A stretch of 64,000 nucleotides of DNA from Schmidtea nova. Lineage: Eukaryota. Of this stretch, positions 34,101 through 48,222 are shown in pieces. Position 1 is the first letter of the stretch. Each line of letters opens with the position of its first letter. The notes below the pieces were generated by a model. The model was not told where the DNA came from. It did not search any database and worked only from the letters and a program-made list of their open reading frames with translations. Location of the stretch: assembly GCA_044892505.1 (NCBI GenBank), contig CM097883.1:241490001-241554000 (forward strand), written 5' to 3'. The translations under genes and the position numbers were made by a program.

Positions 34101-37100
34101 TTAATAGATTGGCATTTAGTGTCGGCGGCGTTATAGTTCAGCAAAGAAATTCCGAGATTGAAACGAACAGAAGATACCGTCACACAAGTCGATTGCAAAT
34201 TTTTGGCGACTTTCAAGTAAAAATTATCCGCTTGTTTTATTACAGATAGAGGATTTTGAAAATTATTATTCGACATGACACTCCAATCATTTGCGTATTT
34301 CGCCAACATTATCTCTTCGTTTAGATTACCAAAAGATCGAATAGTTGTTAATGCCGCATCAGTGGTAAGAGAGGTAGGGATAATCATGTTCGTAGCAGCG
34401 TTTAGAAGCAAGACCACTGCCGCATTTGTTAGGTTAGAATTAGAGCTATAGTTTTTCAAGACTCGATTTGCCAGTTCTAAAATAACATTAGCATCATCTG
34501 GAGAGCTCAATACCATTCCCAGTGAGGATAACTTTATTATATTTTCAGAAGTCTCATCTAAGCAAATATTTCCACTTGTTTTCACACAACCTTGGATTAG
34601 GTTACACTTTTTTTGCACTGGAAGAGTGATAACTGGTGTACAGAGGCCACCTAGAGTTTGACTTGATTTCTGGGGTGATGAACAGGATGCAACCACTTTA
34701 TACCATATTACTATGTCGTTCATTATTCCATTAATCTGTTTCCCAATTTCCAAAGTAGATGACAATGTAAAATCAGTTACCGAGGTTGCTGAAAACCTAT
34801 TTACCATTTGTGAGATTATTCCGTTGATAAATAAACCAAGACCCGACTGATCACTCCATACAACTCCTATGTTCAACCACTGGCTTGTTTGTACCGATTT
34901 ACTTTGTGTTAAAGTCCACAATTTAATTCCTGTATCGAGATTTACAAGTAAATCTAGATTTTTATCTTGAGTACTCTGAAGTCTTAATTGAATTCCGGGT
35001 TTGGTATTTCCGCCAATGTTTAATAGTACCACATCTGTCCCTATAATGGAATTGATATAAACCCAAAATGAAATCGTAAGTCCATTAGTGCAAAGTTTCG
35101 GATCAGTTAAACAAACCACTCCAAATGTCGTGTTGATGACGGCCTTACTAAATGAAGATGCGCTGTTTGGAGTTTGAGTCTGGTCGGGGGAGTCAATATT
35201 CAATGGGAAAATCCAATCCATGTCTGTATAGCATGAATTTTGAAAGATTCCTTTCGTTATGCTTTCAGGGTCTGTTCCTACATTGACATTTACCAGCATT
35301 ACTTCACTCAAACAAATTTGATTAGCTTTACCAAGAATTATGGGTGAAAGGTTTGAAGGTGTGTTAATCTCGGCAATACAAGAAGCGTTAATTGCTGGAG
35401 CCACTGTATTGTCATTTATTTTAACTATAAGTTTGTTATCAGTAGTCCAAATGACCTGCAGTTGCATCCACTGATTTATTTGGTAAGTTGTTACGTTTGT
35501 CACGCAGGTCTGGTTGGAGCTTCGAATTGTGAATGTAATTAGATTACTTGATTTTTGGATTATGCTGACACCTACTGAATTTTGAAATATGCTTGTAAGA
35601 ATATATCCTTCTTTTTGGTCAGGTAGCACTAATGAATTGATTTGAATATTGAGGATAAGTACAAATGATTGACACAAATCAGGTTGGATTAGGCAATGAC
35701 TCTTAGATGAGTTCAATGTAATGTAAGATTGGTCTGCCCCATTTGTGCATACTGCAGCATTATTTGTGGCATATTTATTACTTGACATGTATGTTGAGAC
35801 CAAACTTATCCTGTTTCTAATTAACTTATGATATAGTCCATAGAAAGTCCAAAACATTGAGGATCCGGTTAAAAGTTGAACTTGGTGATATGGTATTCCG
35901 AGTAATTTCTGTAATTGTACACTACTCAAGAGGATATTGTAGAACACCATGTTGTGAATGAGAAGATTAGATTTTGATGAAAGATTTTGAGAAGAATCAC
36001 CAATATAAAGTCTACCGGAATTAGACGGAACAGAATTGACAGATATGTAGCTATTGGTTGCATCTATGTTGCCATTTGTGACTATTACTAAACCCAAGCT
36101 TTCTTGCCACATCAATCCTATGTGTATCCATTCACTCATTCCATTTGTAAACATAGAGACACTGACGGTTTTACTCCAGTATTTTGGAGACATTTGAACC
36201 CATCCAAATATCTTAGTTTTGTTAACAATTTGCACACCAAACCCGTTGGAACTACTATTTCCATGAATGAATAATGTATATGTGCTATTAATTGAGGATC
36301 TAAATTCTTCAGTAATGAAGAACCACCCCCCGATGCTAAACCCATAAGGGCATCCGTTCAATAATACAGGACACCCACTTATATTTAACAGAACTGGAAT
36401 TCTAGCAGAAATAATTCGAACTGATCTCGTAAAATCTTCCCATTCTACTATTCCCTGATAATTTAAATTCTGATTTGAACTTTTGGCAATTGTTAAATCT
36501 TTTATTGGTGAGTTTATCAGTTGCTCTCCCTGTCGAACCCATGTTGCCGAAGCAAAATAGAGATTATTGGTGAGATCAAGCATATTGCTGTAATTGTCGG
36601 GTGTCATGTAGTATTCAAAGTAGCTCATTTCACCGAAAATGAAATTTGAGAACTCCCAAATGTGTTGAATTTTCCAGCTATCAATATCATCGGTGTCAAA
36701 TCTACCAAGAACAGCTCGAACTCCTTTATTAGGAGTTTTGTAACGCAAATCAGGTATGGTATTTATGAGTCCATAATCTATTCCGTTTAGCATTAATTGA
36801 AGTCCAATATCTTCTCGCCACAGTATTCCAATATTCATCCATTCTCCTGAATTGTAAAGAAACTAATAATATTTTATACAACAATTTATACGTTCAATGT
36901 CATGATATTTGTCAATATAGAAGAATTTTAGATTGAAAGATAGTCTAATAGTAAAAGCTTAACCATTTAAAACAATTAGGCAGGAAATTTGACAAACAAT
37001 AAATGCACATGTCTGAAAGACCAAACATCGCGCGTCATTACCGGACAGAATGATAATGCGGTCCGCATTAAAATATCAATAAAAATGAACAGTATATAAA

Positions 37101-38572
37101 AATTAAATTTATTTTACAGAAATAATAAAATAAACTCTTTCCTAGTAATAAATTTTGATAAATATAGGGTTTTTCATCTAATATTGTGACCTTTGCATTT
37201 AAAAGTGTTAATATTTCATTTATTAGTATTAAATTTTCCATTAATATTGTTTTTTTCATTTAATTTCCTTATAAATATATTTAATTATTTATAAATATAT
37301 TTTAGAAAATGATAATACAAAATGACTTAAATGAATCTAGGAGTGGTTAAACGACAAAGAATAAGATATACAATTTTTGAGCTATATAATATAATTATAA
37401 TATAGTAACCAATAGTTACTAATAAACAAAAATGAGTTTTTTTATTTTAATTATTTGTCGTTTGATCACATTTATTCATTTAAATCATTTTGTATAATTA
37501 TAAATAAATTGAATTTGAAATTAAATTAAAAAACACTTATTTGAAAATATAATACTAATAAATGAAATATTAACATTATTAAATGCAAAGGTCATACTAT
37601 TAAATGATAAACCTAAATCTTCAGGGCGCTAACATTATTCATCAATTGTAAGTGCAGTTATATCGAAATTATCATTATTTTGAAGAAACGTTCGTTTTGG
37701 CGAACATTTGGACTTGCTAATTTATGAAATAAAAAAAAAGATTTGATTATATTTTGACAACGAATGTTATGGAATGTGTTTAGCATCCCTTCGCCAACAT
37801 TAAAGTGAAAAGGCTGACTGATGGAAATTTGATTGATATTCCAAATAAAATTTAAAGTCTTATATGTATTCACGATTACATGACGAAATTACACAAGACG
37901 AAATTACACGAGACGAAATTACACAAGATGAAATTACACGAGACGAAATTACACTAAAAAATAGTAAAAAATAAAATTATTTTATTATTCATTNNNNNNN
38001 NNNNNNNNNNNNNNNNNNNNNNNNNNNNNNNNNNNNNNNNNNNNNNNNNNNNNNNNNNNNNNNNNNNNNNNNNNNNNNNNNNNNNNNNNNNNNNNNNNNN
38101 NNNNNNNNNNNNNNNNNNNNNNNNNNNNNNNNNNNNNNNNNNNNNNNNNNNNNNNNNNNNNNNNNNNNNNNATTATTAATATTATTATTAATATTATTNN
38201 NNNNNNNNNNNNNNNNNNNNNNNNNNNNNNNNNNNNNNNNNNNNNNNNNNNNNNNNNNNNNNNNNNNNNNNNNNNNNNNNNNNNNNNNNNNNNNNNNNNN
38301 NNNNNNNNNNNNNNNNNNNNNNNNNNNNNNNNNNNNNNNNNNNNATCTTTTTTCACCTTTGATCTTTTTTTATTATTATTATCAATAATTCTCATAATGA
38401 CTATAGATCAAATTTTTTTTATAAACAATAACACAATATTTCGGCACAGCCTTTATCAAGTGTGTATTTCTTGATAAAGGCTGTGCCGAAATATTGTGTT
38501 ATTGTTTATAAAAAAAATTTGATCTATAGTCATTATGAGAATTATTGATAATAATAATATTAATAATAATAT

Positions 38573-38615
<43 letters not shown>

Positions 38616-38657
38616 TAATTATTATTAATTATTATTAATTATTATTAATTATTATTA

Positions 38658-38697
<40 letters not shown>

Positions 38698-41600
38698 TTA
38701 ATAATATTAATAATAATATTAATAATAATATTAATAATATTAATAATAATATTAATAANNNNNNNNNNNNNNNNNNNNNNNNNNNNNNNNNNNNNNNNNN
38801 NNNNNNNNNNNNNNNNNNNNNNNNNNNNNNNNNNNNNNNNNNNNNNNNNNNNNNNNNNNNNNNNNNNNNNNNNNNNNNNNNNNNNNNNNNNNNNNNNNNN
38901 NNNNNNNNNNNNNNNNNNNNNNNNNNNNNNNNNNNNNNNNNNNNNNNNNNNNNNNNNNNNNNNNNNNNNNNNNNNNNNNNNNNNNNNNNNNNNNATATTT
39001 TAGTGTAATTTCGTCTTGTGTAATTTCATCCCGTGTAATTTCGTCTCAGTGTAATTTCGTCTCAGTGTAATTTCATCTTGTGTAATTTCGTCTCGTGTAA
39101 TTTCATCTTGTGTAATTTCGTCTTGTGTAATTTCATCTTGTGTAATTTCGTCTCGTGTAATTTCGTCTTGTGTAATTTCGTCTTGTGTAATTTCGTCCTG
39201 ACACCGTATTCACTTGGCTAGATCCAATTTCTAGTATTACAAATTGTCAACCCAAAAAACATTTAAGAGTAACCATGGATCTTTTTTAGTTATATAAAAT
39301 ATCTAATGGAATTATGAGAAAAATATCTTACCGATTGTATATCTATTTGAATCGAAAATAATACTCCAATCTCTAGTTGAGGTGGAAAGAGATATTCCAA
39401 ACAGCATTTGATTGACAAATATGCTAATTCCTCGGCCATCACTTGATCCAATATAGTCAGCCAAATCGCCGGTACTTAAAAAGAACTGGATTTTATTGAA
39501 ACTTACCGATATTATTTTCATCCACATAGAAATTGTAACGCCATTGTACCGACAATTGTCATAAGTCGGATCAAACAAACATTTATTAGACCAATTTATG
39601 TCTGAATCCATATATGTAGGTCTAAGAATTTTAGATAAACCTGAGAAAATTAAAATCAAAATTAATTTATTTTTATATCGAAAGTAATTGTTTTATATAA
39701 TGGTTTCAACACAGATTTTGTCAAAGTTTACACTTGGTAAATGCTGTGCCGAAGAATTTAATTGATTTTATGTCCCCTAATAATAAAACTTTGTTAATTT
39801 TAACAAATAATGACTGTGTTTGTTGAAATTCTACTTTTGCATTTAATTAGAACATTTGTAAAACAGTAAAATCTCGTAACTATGCCACTATCGCTATTAT
39901 ACCACCTTTACTAGGTTCCAACAAAATTAAATATAAAATAAATTTACTATGTCACTCTCTACTCTCGCTACTATCCCTGTATTGTGTAACTGTCAAAAGG
40001 CACGAGTTTTTAAAAGCCTATGTTTTTGCACAATGCTCGATTATCACACACGCCCCAAAGGTGAAGCGATAAATTAAGTCTAACTGCACACAAAAACACT
40101 TAATACGTACATACATAGTATAACTGTGTCAAGGTCAAACACGTGATGCTTCTCACAGATAAAAACTACAACAAACCAATCCCAAGATGTACAGCGAAAA
40201 GTCTACAACCGAAGCTAATAAGTGAATATAAAGCGCGAGCATACATAAACACTCACATAATAGTGACGTATTTTTTTTCAAATTTAACCCATAATATCAG
40301 CTCAGAAACGCAAGCAAACTAACTTTACTCTAAAAGAAACCTTTTACACTGGGGTAGATTGCGAAGGAGATGCTATGTGGTGAAGAGCCAATGGGAAGCA
40401 AGGATAACGATATAACTGTTTAGGAGGAAGTCGTTTCATTCGAGAAAGCTAAGCGCGCTTGTAGCAACGTATGGAAGTCCTCCATGTACCAGAAAAGTGG
40501 GAAGCCACATGTGATGCAAGCGTGCAATCAGTTAGATAACGAGATGCGTGTTATCCGCCAAAAGAAGATGCGCCAACCGACAATTCTTAAGAGCTTTGAT
40601 CGGATAAGTAATTTGAGAAAATAAATCTATTTTTACAAACCCTTGTTATTATGTCACTCTTGCTACTATACCACTCTTGCTCGATCCTGACAAGTGGCAT
40701 AGTATCGAGATTTGACTGTATATTAAATTATGCTAAAAAAACATTAAAATTAATTTATTTTCTCTAATGATACTGATTATTGTACATCATGACCTGTTAT
40801 GTAATAGTTCAATATCAACGTAATGTTTCATCAGATAGATTACGTTGTCGTATTTCTATAAGCTCTAAAATATTGAGTGTGAAATAAATCTTATGAATCT
40901 ATTTCTTCTTAGTAAATTTATGTACGTTTTCTTTAACAATATTTCTTTAAAACGAGTATAGTTACTATGATCTTTCTATTGTAAAATAAATCGTAACAAC
41001 TAATGGATAACTCATAATAGTCTTTACTCCAAATAATATTTCCATATAAAAAAATTGGTGACACCATTTATTAGTATCACTAATTTCTATTGATCAATAG
41101 TTGTAGTGCCTTAGATTATGAATTTCTTTTTTTTAATTAATTAACTTATTTAATAATTATCGAATGAGATTTTAAATGGCATTGTTTTAATATTCACTTT
41201 TTTCGACATGCTTTTTCAAAAAATCCAACATGGTCCTAGAAGACCTCACTATTTTCAATTCAAAATCAGAAAAGAAGTCAAATGAAATATTTTCAAATCC
41301 AAACATCATAACGAATCAGAGATCTGTGGAAATACCGAGTGAAAAGAAGCTATCTTAATCGAATATGTATAAACTATCGGATTGTGTCAGTAACAATCAT
41401 CAGTCATTGAATACGGGAATTCTTTCATCATCATCTCAGTTATGTACTCCGCTTGGAATCGCTAATTCTCATTTACTCCAAAAATTTCAAAACAATCCCT
41501 AATATTTCTCTTTCTTAAACATTCCTAATGAGTCTTCGACTTTCAGTGGCTGCAATATGAGTCAGGTTTATGAATTTTCCGATGTCGGTCTAATGGATGA

Positions 41601-44600
41601 TAATCAGAATCCGCAATCGTTTATACAGAGTGAAACCAATAAAGAATTCAACCAAAAATCATCGAATCCCAAACACAATATGTGTAATGTGTAAACAATG
41701 TCGAATCCAAGCACAATTAATCAAAATCAACGGGCTAGGGTGTCAAAAATTCCATCAATATCCATGTCGAATATATGTTATTTTTATCCGGCTTATATTA
41801 AATTGGTTGTTTTCTACAATAGTTATTTAATAATACATTTTAATAAAGTAATTTAAAATAAGAGTTAAATAACAATTTATTTTTTAGTTTTAGAAATTTT
41901 AATTATAACAAGGAGTTCAAAGATTTAGTATCTTCGCAGTTAAATTCTTAAAAGATTTCGTCTGAAATCGAATTTATCAAAAATGGAAATTCTAAGCCTC
42001 CTAGCATTCCAAAAGTCAATTCTTGGGTTAGAAATTTATGGAATGCTCTATCACATGAAAATATAATAAATTCTATTAATGCAGCCGGATTTCCCTCTGA
42101 TAATAGTGAATGACATATAGCAAAGCATAATGTGTACGGAACATTATTTAATGAAAAATATTTACAATGGAAATTATCTGATCTAGTAATTGAAACAATT
42201 GATGTTTCCGAAGAATTTGAAAAAGAAGACGACTAAATTTATTACGGGACTTGTGTTGTTTTATGCAAAATTTTTATTAAAAATTCATAAAATCCAAATA
42301 GTTTACCTACTTGATGAGAATCTGTCTTTTTAAAATAATTTCGGTGACACTATTTAATAGTGTCCGGGACACTAATTGGAGTTATCCGTTATTAAATTTA
42401 ATTGACTAATTTAAATGTGAAAATTTTTAAATAATTAATTTAAAAATATACAAATCAAAACATCAAAAATTTTATTTTAACTGTATACATCCAGTCAAAA
42501 ATGACGGGTAAAAATCAAAAAAATTAAAATACTTTTCAAAATAAATTTATTTCAATTTAATTCAAAAGTTCGGTGTATTTTGGAATCTTCTAAAAGTAAG
42601 TCCCTGTGTAGTGTATTTCAAACAAAATCATTTGCATTCTCATAATTATTTCCTCGGCTAAGAAGCACATACAGTTGACCATGTCCAGATTCCGGCTCAA
42701 AGAAATAAACACCCACGTGATAGGAAGATTTAACTTATAACATTTTGATCGTCATGGTTAACGCTAAAACGACTGGAATTCGATGACCATCTTATAAATG
42801 GCAGTGAATATTTACTTGGTTATAAATCAATACGATGTATCTTTGACTCCTTGTGCTCTTTAAATCAATAATTAACAACACTCCCAATCTATATTTATAT
42901 TGAATTTATTACAAATTGTGATTAAATTGTACACTCTATTTATCACATCTTAAAACTAACGTCTTAATAGTCCTTTCGGACTTCGCTGTGAAATATCTTG
43001 ACGGCGCACTTTTTAACAAAAATGACCTTTGATATCCTTACTTTCTTTTGACTCAACTTGGTCCTTCTTACTGTCTTTAATTTTTCTGACAGCTTGTTTC
43101 AAATAAGTTTACTATTTCCTCTAATTCCTAATCTCGGTTTCTTCTTCTCTACCTGAGGCAAAATGCTGATTGCTTTCAATTTGACTTTATATAGTGAAAT
43201 AGTCTTTTTGATAATAACTTTTGAACCAAATCTCAACTGTTTGACAATGCTTTTAGTATCTTCTTTTTACGGTTTCCTCGAATATCATTTGGAGAAAATT
43301 TTTGGTTAATTGATTTCCCTTTTGGTTTGCCCCTAATAATCATACTATCGAGATAGTGGCTTTCCGAAATCCACTTTCTTTACTTTTCTTGTTGTTTGCC
43401 AAGCTCGGATTTTCCTTCATTGATTAATTGATTAATTAACGATTTTTCGTTTTTATTACACATTTTAATGCTTTTAGACCATTTCTAAACGTTTTCTGAC
43501 AAATGCATTATCACCATGTTCTTCACCATTATCCAATTTATTCCTGTCCCGTTTTTAAATTCAAATTCACTAAATTAGCCATTTTTTGCAAATTTGCATA
43601 TTGTTCACCTTTTGTATTTAATTATACACTTTCCTAATTCTGTTCCCATCATGATTCCCTTTGCTATCAATTCTCTTTGATTACATTTATTTCTATCTAT
43701 TTCATTTGGCTTCCATTTCATTTTCATTTTTAAATAATTTTAATTTAACATCCTAAACAGATGTATAAAAACTCGTTCTCCCATTTTGCTAGAAGCTGTG
43801 ATCTCAACATCAATCGAAATCAATTTTTATGACTTATCAAGTGCCTTTTTTAACAGTCCTTTCTTATCGTTCAGATTTCTCAACAATATTACTAATGCAC
43901 AAACTTTCAAGTTCAGAAAACGAAGTGTCATTCCTTGTGGCTATTGTTCATTAAGGAATTTATTTCGGAAATCAATTAAATTATCGGAATTGCCGAGAAA
44001 ACTTTTACAAAGCAAAACAGGAATTTCGAAAAGAAATATTAATCTGGTGAAAATTATGTAAGGACAAAGAAAATTTGGTAATGGAATTCTGTATTAATTG
44101 TTATAAAGATCTTTGACTATTAAATCTAATATATTAAGAACAAAAGTGTGTATGTTTATATGTTTGTATGTTTGTATCGCTGATTCATTCTGGAATGCTT
44201 TTTGATAGTGATTCGAAATCATTCTTCTCAACCACTGATACAACTTTCAGTAGTACAATGTATAGAAAACTTTAAATTAAACATGATAACATTTTAAAAA
44301 CTTTATAAATTCCAATTCCTTGTGTCACACCCGCGTTTTCTTTACACAGTCACCTTATATTTGGACTTAACATGGCTTTTGTTATGTAAATCATATTTTA
44401 TAGTGTTGTGAAACTGTTTGTTTAATTATTAGTGAAAATATCTATCTACAATCTCTTATTGAAATATGCGTCATTTGACGGATATGACGCAGACAATTTT
44501 TTTTCTTTTTTTCACTCTGGAACGCTTTTTGACAGCGATTCAAAAACAATCTACATATATCTTTCGATCAATTAAATTTAGTGTAATATTTAAATTCATA

Positions 44601-47600
44601 AACGTCAAATTTCTCTGTTTACTACTACACTGTACATTATTAATTTAGTTTTCACTACGAAATTGGTGGTGTTTTAATTACCCATTTTAAAAAACCAAGC
44701 AATTAATATTTACAACGGTTTGTCATTGTGAAATTAGTGGAGTTTTATTTACGCATTTTGGGAAAAAAAGCATTTTAACAGTTTAATTATTATTGAAATT
44801 TTAGTACTGTCATAAAAAGTGTAACTTCGCATGTGATTAAAATGACAAACAAATTGAATAATCAAAACTAAAAATACATAAAAACAGATTTCGTATGAAA
44901 ATAAACCTGTAAAACGTCAGTGAATTAAATTTTTTTAATATACATATGTATATAAAGATCCTTATAAGATTTGTAACCGCTAAATAATACAATCAATGCA
45001 AGTTGTCATTAGAAAATGTTAAAGCACATTTAACATACCTAATAACTTTCATACAATTCTAAGTAAATCAAAATTGTCAAATATAATTTTACCTTTACAA
45101 CTTTGATGTATTTATGATTTTTAATTTGTCATTTCAATAATGTTATCTACCTAAAAATCATAAGAAGTTTCACTTCAGTCGCTTGTGGGTTCCAAGTGCT
45201 CACTTTGTTTGGTTTTATTCGCGGGCGAAGCCGGGTACGGCAGCAAGTAATTAATAAATAACAAAATAATTCGTCTTTGCAAAATTTTATTAGGTGAAAA
45301 TTCTCTATTTTAAAATAATCCTTATCAATGGTAATTATATTATCAGATGTTAACTTTATAATTATTTTTCTTCTAATAAAAAATAATTTACAAAATTTCA
45401 AATTCAATTTTAGATAATCGACCAGTATTTAGTTTTATATTAATGTTAAATATAAAACAAGATATTAATCGACATTGTAAATATTTGAAGATGAATGAAA
45501 GTAGATTAGTGTTGAAATAGATTTTATTGATAAAATATAGCAGGGGCTGCAAAGCTTTTACCAGTCGAGACTCACTATTAAAACCGTAACGTTTCGTTAT
45601 CCATCTGTAAAAAAAACAAGGAGAAAAGTAAAACTCTGTTTTATACGTAATTAAGAGGATGCATGAAATGAATGAGCTTGCTTTCTATTTTTGGCAATAA
45701 TTTCTTTGACAACTGCTTTTGTAAAGTGGCAAATTAATGTTATGTGCACACAATGAATGCAAACAACTAAATATTAAAATTTTTGGTGATCCACCTTAAG
45801 TCAGTTTGCGACCCACACTTTGAAAACACTGAAATATAGTGATGTGTTCTTTTAGTTTTTCTCATTTAGAGTTGTAAATTTTATTCATAATAAAAATATA
45901 AATGAAACAATCAAATTACCAAGCAATAGATAATCGCTGTTCTTTTGACTCAATATCGGGCATTGGGTTCCCGATTTGGAAAATGGATCTCCGTCCAATG
46001 CTAATTGTGAAGTTATTGGTTTAAGAATTGATGATAATGAAAATGAATAGGAAACGGTGCGGTTAGGATTTGATAGATATGATAATTGATAAGATGCATC
46101 TGAGTTAATATACGAGTCTGGAGTCCAGTAGTTTTTGGCAAAGTTTAATTGCTTCATCTGACTACCTAAAATAGATGGATTAGAGACAATGAAATTTTAA
46201 ATAGTAGAAAATGGATCTAATCTTTTATAGTGACTACATATTTACCTTTAGATGGTAAACAAAAGAACCAATTGCCTCTGAACACAACCATGTTGAGATA
46301 ACCCTTTTAGGAAGAAATAAAGACAGAAACGCGTTATAAGTTCTTGGGCAAACCTTAACACAGTTTCAGAAATGACAATAATAATTAACGGAGAGCTTTA
46401 AAGATAATAACTGTTAAGGTCAATTGTTAAGAACATTTGCCTTTTATTAAATGAAGTCACTATTAGATTTGAAATCAAATTAAAAATGTCGTCTAAAAAT
46501 TAAGTTTTTTAAATTTTAATAATAATTTTATTGAACTTTTTATTGGAATTCACCATTGTAAAAAGCCATGGAAGAGGTGTATAAAAGATTATGATTATCT
46601 ACATACTTGATTCCTTAAATCAGAGGTTCCCAGATTCGGGGTTGTCGACATATGTTTGGCGGATCACGTGAAAGTTTTAGTAATATTTTACACCCCTCAG
46701 GTGAAAGTTATGCACATCCGGTTTTTGCTCACATTTTTTTATAAAAAATAATACAGCGACACAGATCATATAGATAATTGACCTCCTGCATACTGTTGGA
46801 TAACTTTAGAAGTTGTATTCTCATATGAAATGAAAGAATTCTTAAATGAAAAATAATTATGATTTCGATGGTTTGAAAGAGGATATTTGAATATGTTTAT
46901 GAATGTTGGAACCATAGCATGATCTAATTTTATGGTAACCAAATAACTATTGTTTTAATCAGTTGTTACCCATCGCAAACAGCGTTGGAAATGTAACAAT
47001 TCGGTGAAATACTATGAAAAAAGTGAGCGCTGCTACCAGAACTAGAGTTGATCGAGTAATTTCTATGGGTTCAAGAGCTATTGATAGAAGATATGTGTTC
47101 ATTTAGATGTTCGATCCCTTTCTTTTACACTAGCGCTTTATTCAAAATTCTTGTTTTTACTAACCAATAGAAAATAAATGTTTTTACTGGAATCGTTGAT
47201 TAAATAAAAATTTTAAATAACGTTTCCATCAACCAAATGAATGAACATCATACAAAAAGGTCGTAGAAATCGGGAAATAACTTGATAATTCAGTTAAAAT
47301 GCTCGATTTCTAATGAAATTTGATAAGCATTCTAGAAAAGAATAAAGAAAAAAATTTCCAGAAAGAACCTCGATACTTCATGAAAATTTCTCCAATTCTC
47401 AAAAGAGTGGTAAAAATTATGAAAATGGCATCTCTATTTATACCATTTAGAGTATTTAATTTAATTGATATAGTGAAACAAATGCTTTTAGAATTTTTTT
47501 CTGTTTAATTTAATTTAATTTAAAAATAAATATTTTATTTTTACTAAAAAGAGTTTATATTTTTACATAATTTTTTTTCTTTACTTTAATAAATTTCGTT

Positions 47601-48161
47601 ATCAAAATTTTATATTTTACATAAATTTTTACAATTTACTTTTACATTTTTTTATATTTATACTATCAAAATTAATATAATTAATTATTAAAATTTTTTG
47701 AATTTTTTATATTTATCTAATTTTTTATTGAGTTTTTTTGTTAATTTGTTTTGTTTGTGGTTACTTCTTGCTTTTGTTCACTTTAAATTTGACTTATGTT
47801 TTAATTAATTTTTTCTTATGTGTTTCTAATTATTTTTGTTTATTTGGTGTTTGCTCAAATATTTGAGTATACTTCTTGTGCGCTCTCTACATGTTATGTC
47901 TGCGCTCGCTTCCAAATTAATAAGATTTAGTTTTTTCCCAACACGAAGCCTAAAAAATGGTCCCTAAAAAATTCATCAAAACTTGCATTGGTGTTGGGTC
48001 CATCCTTTAAATTGACATTTTGTTTTTTTCAAACTTATACTCTATAATTTACTATAGAAAGGTGGCTAAACTTTTTTCCCATAATATTAATGAAGCCCTG
48101 TTGTTTGTGGAGGCGACAACTCTGAATTCAGGTCATAGTAAAAGTTTTAATTTTCTTTATC

Positions 48162-48222
<61 letters not shown>

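Noticed and set aside
41597-41830. ORF with CVMCKQC motif and nearby pogo-like fragments (42000-42150)
   Set aside because: Probably decayed transposase pieces, but no TIR/TSD or catalytic motif could be fixed.
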